Below, one piece after another: positions 38,707 to 50,858 of a stretch of 64,000 bases of DNA. Under the pieces are notes generated by a model. It made no database searches. It saw only the letters and a program-made list of their open reading frames with translations, and had not been told where the DNA came from. The stretch is from Camelus ferus (Eukaryota). Numbering within the stretch: position 1 is the first letter of the stretch; each line of letters starts with the position of its first letter. The stretch lies in contig NC_045719.1 of NCBI RefSeq assembly GCF_009834535.1, forward strand, positions 19,530,001 to 19,594,000, read 5' to 3'. A program made the position numbers and the translations under genes.

Positions 38707-41036
38707 AAAATCAGACCAAAGGTAAAGTGTCTATGTCCAGACAGCATGGAAATAATCATAACAGTAATTGCAATTTATCAAGCAATGGTTCAAAGATGTT
38801 TGGCATTCTCTGGGATCAACCAGCTTAGAAAGATCTCCAACACACTAAATTGAAATAAGCTCACTTTTGATTTGGGAAACTGGATTCCGGTTATCTAGAA
38901 AATAGCTATGCCCTTACAATTCCAGATAAATTAAATGATAATTTAATATATTCTGCGTAGAACACAGCTGTTCCATGGTGATCATTAAGCATATACACTT
39001 TCTTGTTAAACTGAATACTCATTCAAACAGAAATTGAAATTTCACAAAGAGGCTATTTGCAAGGAACATTGGTCACTCTTGAAAATATGCATCATAGTTA
39101 GTTTTATAGATATGACATTTAACGTTCAGAGCAGAGACGGAACATACCAGAAATCTGGAGGCCCGCAGATATTACATCCAGTACAGAAAATAACTTCTGA
39201 AATTGTATTCCGTTCTTCTGCTTCCTTAACTCATAATTTGGTTCTGATTGAGAGAGGGGGAAGAAAAAAAAACTCAGAAGATTCAGAGGTCCAAATTATA
39301 TTAGCACTCAAGAGTTTGGATGTGTCTCCAAATCTCTTGTGTGTGAAAATGTTGGCTGGAAATGCCACGAAAAACACTGTCTCTTCACAAGGTTTCTGGC
39401 AGTTCGACTCCTGCTCCTGGCTGGAAGTTCAAGTGCAGAGACGCATGAAATTGAACAATGGTGATAATAAAAACTTCTCTGAAACCATTTTGAAGTTGCA
39501 AAAAGTGGGATTTTAGGTCTATCTAATCTGGAGAAATGGCTCAGGTACAATTTTATAGTCAAATGGGTTCATCTTCTTTCCTTCTTTCTCATTTGGTTCC
39601 CATCACGTGATAATTCTACCCTTGAATTAAGGATTCAGACTTCAGCACCACTGAACGGATACCTGCGAATTATTTGGAGTCTGATAATTCATTTGTTGGC
39701 TAGCAGGACCCTTTTGTTCTGCCCTTTTTCTGTGAGCAAAAGAAGGTTCAACTCAGTGAATCTGCTCTACTCTCCCTTCTGTGCTTGAATATTCTCTGAG
39801 GGAAGTGGTTAAAGTCATTGGGTGAAGGACAGTGACTTTGGAAGACTGTCTCTGCATTTCGCTACTTCTAGACTTTCTTTGCCTTATCAGTGGGGCATAC
39901 GACGCTGGAATCTATACCCAAGGACTCTCCGGAGCCTTTGTCTTTTCTGGAGAAAGAATCTCTCTACACACGCACACACACACACAAGAGGGTAGACACA
40001 TCAGTAGTAAAATTTTCATGTGAAACTTAAAATTCTGTCCCCAATGCAGGAGCCTGCGAAAGGCAAAATGAATGCAACCTTATTTGTCCCCCTTTCAGTC
40101 TGGGTCCCTTCCCTTTTAAGAGCTCTAAGCATTATTTTTAGGATAAGAAAAGAAAGCCCTCTAGGATGAGTAGTGAAGGTGAATGAATGAGCTGTTAAAA
40201 ATGATAATCTTACAAAAGAGACGGTTGCCGTACCTTAATGTACGCAGGTGTCAAATCACTCTTTTCAACAAGGAAGAGGACCTTTCTCTGAAGCAAATCC
40301 TACTGTGCTGACATAGCTGAGAGGTTCCCTGAAGACATCCTGGCGCAGTTTCTCAGTTATGCCTCATATACGATTTAAGATGGCACAGATGGGAGGTGAT
40401 GAACAAAGAAACACATTTATTCATTTAAATATCTATGATTTCACGAAGAAGTTACCCTGTGTTCTAATGTTATTTTCCAAAGTCAATCTTCTATGGTCAG
40501 GGTCTATAAAAGCTTGGGTTTTTTTTTTTTTAATTGCAAAATATCAAAGGCCCTTTAATAATTTGCGCATGGCATTTTGTGTGGTCGTATAAATGCTCTG
40601 TTCATTTTTCCTTCCAGACACATTCATTTCGTCAGGGATTATTTTTATATAGACGGATTATGGTGATTAGAAATTTCCAAAGGAGCCTGCATTCACAATA
40701 AACACTGCTGATTTTAGCCTACTGAGAACTTGTTTATGGCAGTTTGTTTTCCTAGCTCGAGTCCATAAGTCTAGCTTTAGAAGCAGCAGGGCCGATCAAC
40801 CACAAAAGAACTGTTTTATGGGTGACCCAGTAACTCGAACTACTAGAAAAAAAAGAGAAAGGAGAGAATTTTAAGAAATGACCACTATTGACTGGTTCAT
40901 GCGGCGGACGGTGTCTGCCTTCGTCTGTGGGATAATTGGGCCAGAAAGGACAAATCCATAGCAATACAAGGCTTTCCTTACAAGACAGTTAATGTGCCAT
41001 CAATCAGCTGGTAGGAGCAGTTTCTGTGTTGCGGTC

Positions 41037-41184
41037 NNNNNNNNNNNNNNNNNNNNNNNNNNNNNNNNNNNNNNNNNNNNNNNNNNNNNNNNNNNNNNNN
41101 NNNNNNNNNNNNNNNNNNNNNNNNNNNNNNNNNNNNNNNNNNNNNNNNNNNNNNNNNNNNNNNNNNNNNNNNNNNNNNNNNNNN
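41037..41184. other. Undetermined sequence (148 N)
   Basis: Run of N. Confidence 0.99.
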
Positions 41185-41886
41185 GCCAGAGTTGGCAAAG
41201 CAGAGAAGCTACTAGTTTCCTATAGGTAAGTATTATTGCTATGAATAAATCCTTGGAGAGTGAGGGGCTCTGGGTAAACATGGTTTGCTCTCGGTGATTT
41301 TATTGCATAAAACATAAGGATACTCTTTGTTTTTACAACAGATCTTAGAATCTTATCTTTTGCGAAACACTTGTGGGCTGAAGTGAACAAGCCCAGCCAA
41401 TCATCTTTATGGATCTAAGAAATGTTTGATGACTACAGGGAAGGAAAACGTTATGGGGAGGGTGAACTCTGTCTAGGTAAGCGACAAAGTGGCTAGATTA
41501 TTATCGGTAAGTAAAAGCAACAGCAAGGTGGTGGGAAAAGGCAATTATAACCTTTTTTGTTCCAATAGCATTTAATGAAAACTCTCGATGACCACTGCAG
41601 TATCTTGTAACACCTACAGAATGTTGTGTTTCCGGTACTTTGCTCTCTGTTACTTTATTCAATCCCAGATTCTGCAGAAAGGTGCTAAGCACCTGTTTTG
41701 TGTAGGAGACCGAAATCCCAAATTTTGCAGGGCAATCCTGCAAAGTGGGTCCAACCATCACACTCTGCTGCCACACCTCTGCTACAATCAACACAGTCAC
41801 TTAACTCTTCACTGTGCTAGAGGATCCACAAGCCCTGTGTTTATGAGCTACTCATGTAGTTCTGTGAGAGATGGTCACATTTAAGG

Positions 41887-42373
41887 ATACAACTGGCCAA
41901 TAGGCACACGAAAAAAGGCTCAATATCGCTAATTATCAGACAAATGCGAATCAAAACTACAATGAGGTATCACCTCACGCCAGTTAGAATGGCCATCATT
42001 AAAAGGTCCGCAAACAGTAAATGCTGGAGACGGTGTGGAGAACAGGGAACCCTCCCACACTGCTTGTGGGAATGTATCTTGGTTAAGCCACTATGGAAAA
42101 TAGTATGCAGATTCCTCAAAAAATTAAAAATAGACTTATCCTATGATCCAGCAATCCCACTCCTGGGCGTATATCTGGAGGGAACTCTAATTCAAAAAGA
42201 CACCTGCACCCCAATGTTCACAGCAGCACTGTTTACAATAGCCAAGACATGGATGCAACCTAAATGCCCATCAGCAGATGACTGGATAAAGAAGCTGTGA
42301 TATGTTTATACCTCTAAAGGATAGTTGAACAGCAATTATGCCATATTGCTGCAAAAAAAAAAAAAAAAAAAAA
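41887..42373 (+). mobile_element. Relatively young L1 fragment encoding the ORF2 C-terminal Cys-rich domain, ending in A21
   Basis: ORF 41944-42300 ([13 protein letters not shown]...[18 protein letters not shown]...YDPAIPLLG...[14 protein letters not shown]) is recognisable L1 ORF2p; A21 at 42353-42373; possible 4-bp TSD aagg (41883-86, 42372-75). Confidence 0.95.
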
Positions 42374-42815
42374 GGTATTGTAGGCAGACATTTCCACAAT
42401 GACTCTTTTCAAATTTGCATGCTTTCTTTTGTTTCAAAATTACTGCCATCATCTAATAGAAATAGGTTAAATTAATCAAAGGAAAATTTTAGATTGAATA
42501 TAAAAAAAAATCTGCTAATAGCGAGATCTGTTAGACTCGATCAGAAGCCCCACTGATGGAGTCACTGAAAAGAAGACCGAGATCCCCCGAGATTATTCTG
42601 GGACCACCCCAGGCCAGGGGAGGTGAGCAGACGGTGCCGACAGGCCCTTCGGTCTCTCGTGTGGGTAATTTTTTTTTTCTCTGAATTCCCTCATTTTGCC
42701 TTCTTGTCAACAAATCCTGCCATCATTTCACTCACATCTCTGCAGCGTTTTTCCAGAGCTGTTAACAGAAATCATGTCACAGAGAGTGGGAAAGAATGTC
42801 ATTTTGTCATTTTCT

Positions 42816-42868
42816 GGGGTGGGGCGGGGGGGAGTGGAGGGAAAAACACAGGCAGTCTCTACTTCCGG
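42816..42868. promoter_or_regulatory. GC box / G-quadruplex motif plus ETS site
   Basis: GGGG-T-GGGG-C-GGGGGG-AGTGGA-GGGG (42816-42841) contains GGGGCGGGG; ACTTCCGG at 42861-42868. Confidence 0.35.
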
Positions 42869-43359
42869 AGGCTTTCATGATGAAAATAGCGATGAGTGAG
42901 GCCCGCCGGCTCCTGGGGTAGGAGAGAGACAACATTTCCTGGCAGCGAAACCCAGAAATAGCAACTGGAAACACCTCAGCCAGCCTTTCTCCTTATTAAC
43001 TGGAAGGAAGGACAGTTTGGGACCACATCGACACCCCCAGACTTATCAGCATGAATGAGCTGCATGAGATCAATCACTGCATTATATCTGAGAAGCAAGT
43101 AGGTCTTTAATGCTCATCAGGTACCTCACCTGCTCCTTAACGCAGGAACTACTTTTAATTACAGACTTCCTGTGAAATGGCCATTGGAAGCTCATTATTT
43201 CACTGAATTTTTCATCCCATGGTTAGTTGTTTCATTTGTTAAGAAAGTCACCCTTTTATTGATCTAGGACATTCATTCATCTGTTTATTTTCCCCTTCAG
43301 AATACTAATACCGATACTACTAATAATAATTAATGAAAATTATACTGACAATGATGTTG

Positions 43360-43590
43360 AGCAGCAGAATTTTTTTCCACACTCTAGGCATGCAATGCAG
43401 TTTTGCATGTGTTTTATGTTCTGGCTTACAATCAGAAAAATCTTATGTTATAGGCATTATCATTTGCTCCGATTTTACACAAGGTGGACTGGAGACTGAG
43501 GATGCTAGACTGACCTTGTTGAGGATCACACAACTAATAAATGGAGAATTAGAGTTTGTGCCCAATTCTCTTTGATTGCAGAACTCATGC
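43360..43590 (-). mobile_element. MIR SINE
   Basis: gattttacacaaggtggactggagactgagg...aggatcacacaactaataaatggagaattagagtttg is antisense MIR. Confidence 0.65.
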
Positions 43591-44888
43591 TTTCATGTGC
43601 TCTGTATACTGGACACACAGAAAAGCTTCTAGCTCATTGCACACATTCAAAATACACTGTCTCCTCATTTCTTTCTTTCATTCTTTTTTTTTAATCTTTT
43701 TCTGGGTTGCAGATCCCAGCTTCTTCAAGCATTCCTTAATTAATATGACTTTCAGCCAGCACATAACCACAGTTGATTTTATTTTAGAAGTTTCTCACTT
43801 TCTTTCCTAATATATGGAAACTTGAACTGGAAAAAAAAAAAAACACTGCAAATGTGGTGTAAGGGTAGCACATAGAAGATTCCATCGCTAGCCTTCATCA
43901 CTCTGCCAAATCCAGCTTCCGCATCTGCAAAAGTTATTAATAGCAAGGATGCTAATTGACATTAAGAGAGCATCAACGTACAAAGCTTTCGGGAGATAAA
44001 AATACTCACAATTGAGAAGATCCTATTTGCAGATCAGAAGGATTCTTTTTACTTACTTGAAGCATCCTTGTTTTTCTCTGTAAAGCTGAGCAGAGCACTT
44101 AGTTTACAGGATTTCCTATTAGTTTGAAGACGTGGTGCTACAGCTCCCTCCATCTGCTGGAGTTTGGGGCGCGTGTGCTCTCAGCTGTGCTGCCCCAGGT
44201 GCACGTGCACAGTGGGGTCCCCATCCTGTGGATTCCAGAGCCCCACTGTGAACTTCTGGCAGAAGTCACGTGCTAAGAGGAACTCAGGTTTTCAGATCAG
44301 TCAGAAAGCGAAATGAGAACTAGGTGGGACTGTCTTCAGGTGGCCAAGGAAAATCAAAAAGCAGGTGTGTATTATTCCCTCTGCTGTAGTGGGGGGTCTG
44401 GGTTGCCACGAAAGTCACTGGCTACTGAAGACTTTGCCTGGAACTCTCCAGAAAGCTCTGATGCTGACAGGGGAATTATTCAAAGACTGAACAAGGTCTG
44501 TGAGAAAACTCCAAGGGTAGATAGGGGAAGGAAGCGAGTGTAATTTCAAGGAACACATAGACATTTCAGGAAAAAAGCAAGACCAGCACCAAAAGAAGCA
44601 GACAGACCTCATTAAAAGAGGAAAATAGTAGTCAAGGCGCTAGTTAGAGTGATGAAATGATTTAATGTGTAATGAAATGGTATCAGTCAAACATCGAGAT
44701 AAAGAGAAAAGAGGATCTTAGGAGCCAGGATTTTACTGTTTTTCCACATCCGTTGCGTTGTAACATTGTGATTTCAGTAAGAGTCTTCAAGAAAATGTCT
44801 TGGGTGAGACACCAATGAAAAGTAGGCATATTAAATACCGGGAGTTCTGGGTCACAATTTGGTCATTAAGTAGCACTTTTATGATGAG

Positions 44889-44893
<5 letters not shown>

Positions 44894-44941
<48 letters not shown>
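44894..44941. repeat. (TA)24 microsatellite
   Basis: Direct reading. Confidence 0.97.
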
Positions 44942-44944
<3 letters not shown>

Positions 44945-45302
44945 TTTTAAAAAACAATAATGCAGAATGTTGCAAAATAACAGCTCTCCCTTGCTCCCCC
45001 TCTCCAATTACTAATCTCTGTTCTTGTTACTTTTAAAAATGTTGCACCTTGTGGAGGTGAAGCCTACGGCTCTATGCAAGGTGCTGGTATGACTTTGTTT
45101 TGACTTATGAAGTTTCAGCTTCATCGCTCCTATCTACTGAAGGTGAAGCCTTAGTTCACTTAAATGACCCCAACTTACCCTCCTCCAACTTCGAGCTAAT
45201 ATTTCAGTTTTTCAAATCTTTAGTCTTGTTTCAGCAGCACATATACTCAGAGACTGGCATGGCTCAAGGATGACACGCAAATGTGTGAAGCATTCATATT
45301 TT

Positions 45303-45810
45303 TATGGAATAGTACTCAGTCTTAAAAAATAGTGAAATTCTAACACATGCTACAACTTGAATGATCCTCGAAGACTTAATGCTGAGTGAAATAAGCCAGA
45401 CACGAAAGGACAAATATTATATGATTCTACTTATATGAGCTACCTAAGGTTGTCAATCACCTACAATGGTGGTTGCCAGGGGCTGGGGAGAGGGGGCAAA
45501 AAGGAATTGTTTTGTAATGGGAATTGAGTTTTAGTTTGGGAAGATGAAAATGTTCGGGAGATGAATGATGCTGATGGTTATGCAACAATGCAACTGAACT
45601 GCACATTTAAAAATTATCAGAATGGAGGGGAGGGCATAGCTCAGTGGTAGAGTGTGTGCATAGCATGTGCAAGCTCCTAGGTTCAATCCCCAGCACCTCC
45701 ATTTAAAAACAAATAAATAAATAAACCTAATTACCTCTCCCCCCTAAAAAAAGATTAAAGTGGTGACTTTTGTTATGTATATTTTACCACGAGAAAAATA
45801 TAAAAATATC
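45303..45810 (+). mobile_element. L1MB-type 3' end carrying a nested SINE
   Basis: tgctgagtgaaataagccagacacgaaaggacaaatattatatgattctacttatatgag...ggtggttgccaggggctgggg...gttatgtatattttaccac. Confidence 0.85.
45624..45752 (+). mobile_element. Vic-1-like camelid tRNA-derived SINE
   Basis: ggggagggcatagctcagtggtagag (A box)...ggttcaatcccc (B box)...aaataaataaataaacctaattacctc tail. Confidence 0.9.
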
Positions 45811-48800
45811 TCCTCGCTATTCAACTTATCTTATGCTTCTTCCTTAGAAAACTAACATTTCTGCACATCTCAGTTTTCGCCCTCATGATAATAGAGTCAT
45901 TCCAGGTGCTAACTCTCTCATAAAGATATGTGGAAGCAGTTCTTGCAGACGTTGGGGCTGCTTACAAATCAGATTTCCTCTTTTCTGCCTTCCTGGCATG
46001 TGGGATTATTGGACCAGGACCCTTTGTGGCTGATGAAGCCAAGCGCCCAGCTTTACACAATGAACTGGGCAGCAAAGAAGTGAGTTGTTCTCAGACCTGG
46101 ATATTTCATCACAGAGCCCTCAGCCCTCGACCACTGCAACCAGTAAAGTTTGAGATGGCTGTCTGTTTTTTTTTTTTTTTTCTTTTTTCTTTTTAGGTTC
46201 ATACATTTCCTGAGGTTATGTTTAAGATTAGGTATTTTTTCACCCATCCTTTTGTGTACTCAGGGCACCCTTTGAATGGAAAGATTAATGTCATCTTTTT
46301 TTCAGCTATGCACAATTCTCCTGCGTTTTCACTTGCTTATTTCTTCCCTTTTATTTCCTGTTTTCTCCTTCCAGAGCTCACAGTGGTTGGATTTTGTGTG
46401 TCTCTGATTTTCCTCCCATTTCTTTTATATTTTATCACACATTTTCTGTCTTCCTCCTTTTTGTTGTATCTTTACGTGGAGTTCCTTGACTTTATTTATT
46501 TTTTTAGGTGTCATCCTTCAAGTCTCTCCGAGAATACTAATCAGATTTTTTTTAAAGTTTCTCCTTTTCTGTGAGTTATTTCTGTTTCCACAGGGATTAT
46601 TTTGTTTGTTTATTTCGCCATTTTAATGCGGTCAATTTTCTTTATATGCCTGAGTTAATTATAAGTTTATTTATGCATATTTAAAACAGAAAGAACTGAG
46701 CTGACTTGTCCAGGTAGCAGGTTGGGTTTTCTCTGCTTCTGTATTATGTAGGCTTGTTTTCTCTGCAAGATTTTTTTCTTCAGTCATGGGGGCTGATCTG
46801 CCCGGGTAGGGACTGAAACATAGGGGATCCAGGCATTTGATAAGGGATTACCAAAATGGGAAGAAAGTTATTCTATGGTGCCAACACCCAGCTAATGGTC
46901 CTAATTCTCCCCAAGTAATATGTAATATTTCTTTAATGGAGAGGTCATTGGTTTTATTACGGTGATTATAGTTTTGCTCTATTTTCTTTTGCTTTGGCTC
47001 AATGTGAGATTTCTTGTACTCTTGTTATATCCAGGAGTGTGGAGGAGAAGGGGAGTAGTAGGGAGGTGACTGGCTTCCTATTCCAGACACAGAAGTTCAG
47101 TGAGACTCTCTGCTCCTCTCCACCCACCAACTTTGGCTCATGCTCATGATCCCACCCTCCCTACTTACTAATTTGATTCTAAAAGACTTTGAGGTTCTGC
47201 CTGAAAAAATCAGCTCCCTCTTTTCCTGCCATCCCATCTTGTGTAATTTTTGGCTGCAGATTCCTCCATCTTCTTTGTTCAAACACCTGGTTTTCATCCA
47301 TTTTTCCATTTCCCAGAAATGCTTTAGAATCTAATGGCAAATGATGGCCCTTCTCCCATTCCCTCTCGTTTATGGGTTTAATTCTGTTTTTTTTTTTTTT
47401 TCTCTCTTATTTTAATGAGAAGTGGAAGCAAATGCAGGCACTTGATCATTCTATTAAACCAGAGATGACCCTGTGCACTTGCAGAAAACAAAAGACTGCA
47501 TTGCATTTTGCGTATCTGCAATGGGTCAACTATGGCCTCATGGAAAGACACATGTGATGCATTTAGATTGCTAGAACACAGGTGGGAATTTTTAGTGTTT
47601 TCTGGACACAGTGCACATCAATATCTTTTCATGGATTTTAAGCTGTCTGAAAAGAACATGTAGGAAAGTAGAAAGCAGATGAAAATCAGAATTGGAATCA
47701 ATAGCCCTTTCTCTTGCCGTATCTTTTTTTTCCTTAGACTGGGCCTTGGAAAAAGTTGGGTCTGACCAATACAAAATTCTATTATTAAACTAGAAGTTCT
47801 GTTTTTGAATGTTTCTAATTGCAAAGACTTAATTGAAAAGAAACTAAAAAAAAAAAAAAAAATACAAAGTAGTGTTAGAAAAACTAAAACATTTTAATAG
47901 CTTTGCTGTTTGTGTTATAGAAGGTTTTTGTAGCTCAAAGAATTCTTGAATTTAGGTTTTATTCTTGTAAGTTGCCTGCATCTATAATTATTCCGCAAGT
48001 CGTTTTCCTCAGCTCTTACAAGACTACATCTGTGCTTCTGAAAAATAGTCTCGTAAGTGCTTGTGGGTGATTTATCGGTGCTTATACCCATCCTATTTTG
48101 GGTGTAGAAAATCGTGCCTACTCCAAATGTCCAGCAGCAGCAGCAGCATGGTTTTCATAATCCATCCAGACCTCCCTTCTGTCCACCCGCTTTTATTAAC
48201 TCACTCTGATTTGCCCTCCATAAAGTCCTAGGCTCTTCATGATACAGTCTGCCTCCTGGTGGACCTCAGCACCCCTCTCCTCTGACATCTCGTGTGGGTC
48301 TTCATCTTTATAGCAGCCTTGTCTGTCTTACTCACAATCATATCTCCATGCCTCCTTGACACCATATTTCTTCACATTTCCTCCCTTTTTTCTAATTCTT
48401 TTTTCTTAAGATTGAACTGATGGGATGGGGAGAAGACGCAAAAGACGTTTCTTCAATATGCGCTCTAGGCATCAAGCCGTAGTCAAAGACTAGCTGGCAT
48501 ACACGGAGAAAGACTGTTGGCCAAAGCCAAAGTAGGCGCGATGCAAGACGTGTGAAGTGCTACAGGGTCCTCTAGAAGACTCGAGGGAGAAACTGGTTGG
48601 AAAAGAGTCAATGGAAAGGAGCCTCATTGACTACACAAAGACTAGAATTCTCAGGTGTGCTTCTGAGCACGATGAAACTTAATGAAATAGAAAGAATATT
48701 TGAAATTCAAATTTGAGTCTCATCCTATGTATTATCCATTGAAACAAAACAGGAAGGAGTCATATGTTTATCACAGATCCAGTAGACAGATTCTGTGCAA

Positions 48801-50129
48801 TACATTATAGTAAAACTTATGCGAAAATTAATAGTGACTAAGGAGTTACCCTCAGGAAAACCTGGTGTTTGGTAAGAGAGAGAAAGAAGGACACACGTGA
48901 TGGAGTGAAGGAGGAGAAGAAAGAGACAATAATGTTTTGTAAGTGGCAGTGTGAATTGTTTAGAACTGAAGGTAAACAATATATTCATGGCTGTAATTAT
49001 AAAAAAAATTTCCACCCTATCCGTGGACCCACATAATCAAGTCAACCCTTACCTCCAACTGGGGAGCCCATGCGAGATGAGAAGATATCACAAACAGCTC
49101 ACCAACCAGCTCTATCATGGCCCTTGACAGGTACAGGGTAGAGTTGCCGTTTATTGAAGTGTGGTGAGGGTGGCCAGAAAAAAGTTCCTGCTAATCACTC
49201 CTGGATGTCTGTAAAATATGAATACTTCCTTAATTTTTCAAACTAGACCATCTGGCAAGTCATCCTGCCTGATTACCATATCTTTCCATATCTTGCCACA
49301 TCGCTTCACTGATTTTCTCATAGGATAACTTGAAGTTACTTTTCTACTCCTTCAATCCTCTTTGAAAACTAACAGGAAACATGAATTGCCACTGATCTTT
49401 CAGTCCAGAGCTAAATATTTCCTTAGCTAACTATACTTTTTAAAGGATTCTGTTCACTAATGTGCTTATTTATGCACCTGCAGTATATTTCATTTACGAT
49501 AAAGTCTCCCATTTAGCCATTTGCCAAAGGAAAGGTCATCCTGTGGTTAGCATCATTCATCTTGTAAGAGGGAAGACCCCGAACCATCCTTGTATGCGGC
49601 TTAGTTTTTCTACTCAGCAGAGCTGTTTCTCTTTCCACTGTCATTGCCTTCATTGAATTTCTGCACCTCTAGCTTCTAGGTGCACAGGATGAGAGAGGGA
49701 AATGTCTCCTTCTGACAGAAGCATGCAACATAGGTCACAACGCTCATGATGCAGAGTGGGCCACTTGTGACCTGCTTGGTTTTTGAATTGTGGGATTAAA
49801 TGGATTGTGAGGAAAGGGAAGACTCCAGAGCTAGCACTGTCAGCCTGAGCACCACGCAGCCTTTAGGGGTGGCACTCACAAAGACTCCAAGGAATGGGAC
49901 TCTGCAGTCTTATCGAAGCCTTACAGCATCTCTGTTCTGTAGTCAAATACAGCAAAGCACTGAGTTTGTTCAGGGGGAGGCAGCACACCATTGCTGCTTA
50001 GAACAGAAAGTTACATCAAATATTCAGGCCATACCATGTTAGTAACATTAGCATGCCTATAGGAAACGTAGGAAATAATGTTTAAAATGGAAATTTCAAT
50101 CTCCTCCATCCATGGACAGTAAACATTGA

Positions 50130-50300
50130 TGATTCATTAATTTATCAAAGATACTATAGGCACATATTATGTACAATTCATTCTGTTAATGTTATGGAAA
50201 ATTCAATAATAAGAAAGGCAGTGCCTGCAAAGGAACCAAGCATCTGGCAGAAGAGTAAGATGAGTACACGTCTGATGGAATAAAAGAGAAGAGGGCGGGT
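50130..50300 (-). mobile_element. LINE-2 3' end fragment
   Basis: attcattaatttatcaaagatactataggcacatattatgtac is the antisense L2 terminus. Confidence 0.5.
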
Positions 50301-50767
50301 ATGAGTTGATCATAGAGGTATCTAGCCTCAGAATTAAAAAAGTAGAAACACAGGTTTTATGATGTAGACCATATATGATAGAGGCCAGTAGTATGATGGA
50401 TGATAAATATTTTTGTGTTCACAGAGCATTTAGATGTCCTTGCATAGAGAAATCTTTACATCTTTAGACGGGATATTCTATGGCCTTAGATATTAGACAT
50501 CAAAACATATTTATAAAGTATATAAATATGAATGGTGAGCACAGTGCATTGTTAGAAATGTGGGCAACTTATAATGAAAAATAAAGACTTGATAAATAGA
50601 TGGGTAGATAAATAGACAGACAAGTAGACAGATAAGGAGATAGACAGATGATGGAAAGACAAAAGAAGAGCCAGGGGAGATTGACAAAGGACCGATTTTA
50701 ATCTTGAGGTTGTATCTACAAACATGAAGCCAAATTGATTGATTGACTAAAAGTAATTTTACTTCAG

Positions 50768-50858
50768 CTCTGATCATCAAATACAATGATGTTTGTTTGG
50801 ACCAAAAGCTCATTTTCATCTCCGATGTTGCCAGTGACGTGTTTAAACTTCACAAGAG
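50768..50858 (+). CDS. Candidate 91-nt internal coding exon (phase 1 in, phase 2 out): xLIIKYNDVCLDQKLIFISDVASDVFKLHK; gene unidentified
   Basis: Branch-like tgactaa at about 50745, acceptor ttttacttcag, consensus donor GAG|gtaagt; only one of three frames open; no repeat recognised; CpG retention nearby. Confidence 0.45.

Noticed and set aside
39034-39516. 160-aa ORF
   Set aside because: Non-ATG start, no recognisable domain, no supporting splice pair; one or two stop-free runs of this length are roughly expected by chance in six frames of 64 kb
39641-39649. REST/RE1 left half-site TTCAGCACC (a right half GGACAGCGC occurs near 25052)
   Set aside because: Each lacks its partner half at the required spacing
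44147-44160. CTCF-like CCAGCAGATGGAGG on the minus strand
   Set aside because: Mismatch at the strongly conserved C of the GGC core
45624-45700. tRNA-like sequences here and at 63318-63390
   Set aside because: SINE heads with A/B boxes, A-rich tails and (for one) a TSD; not functional tRNA genes
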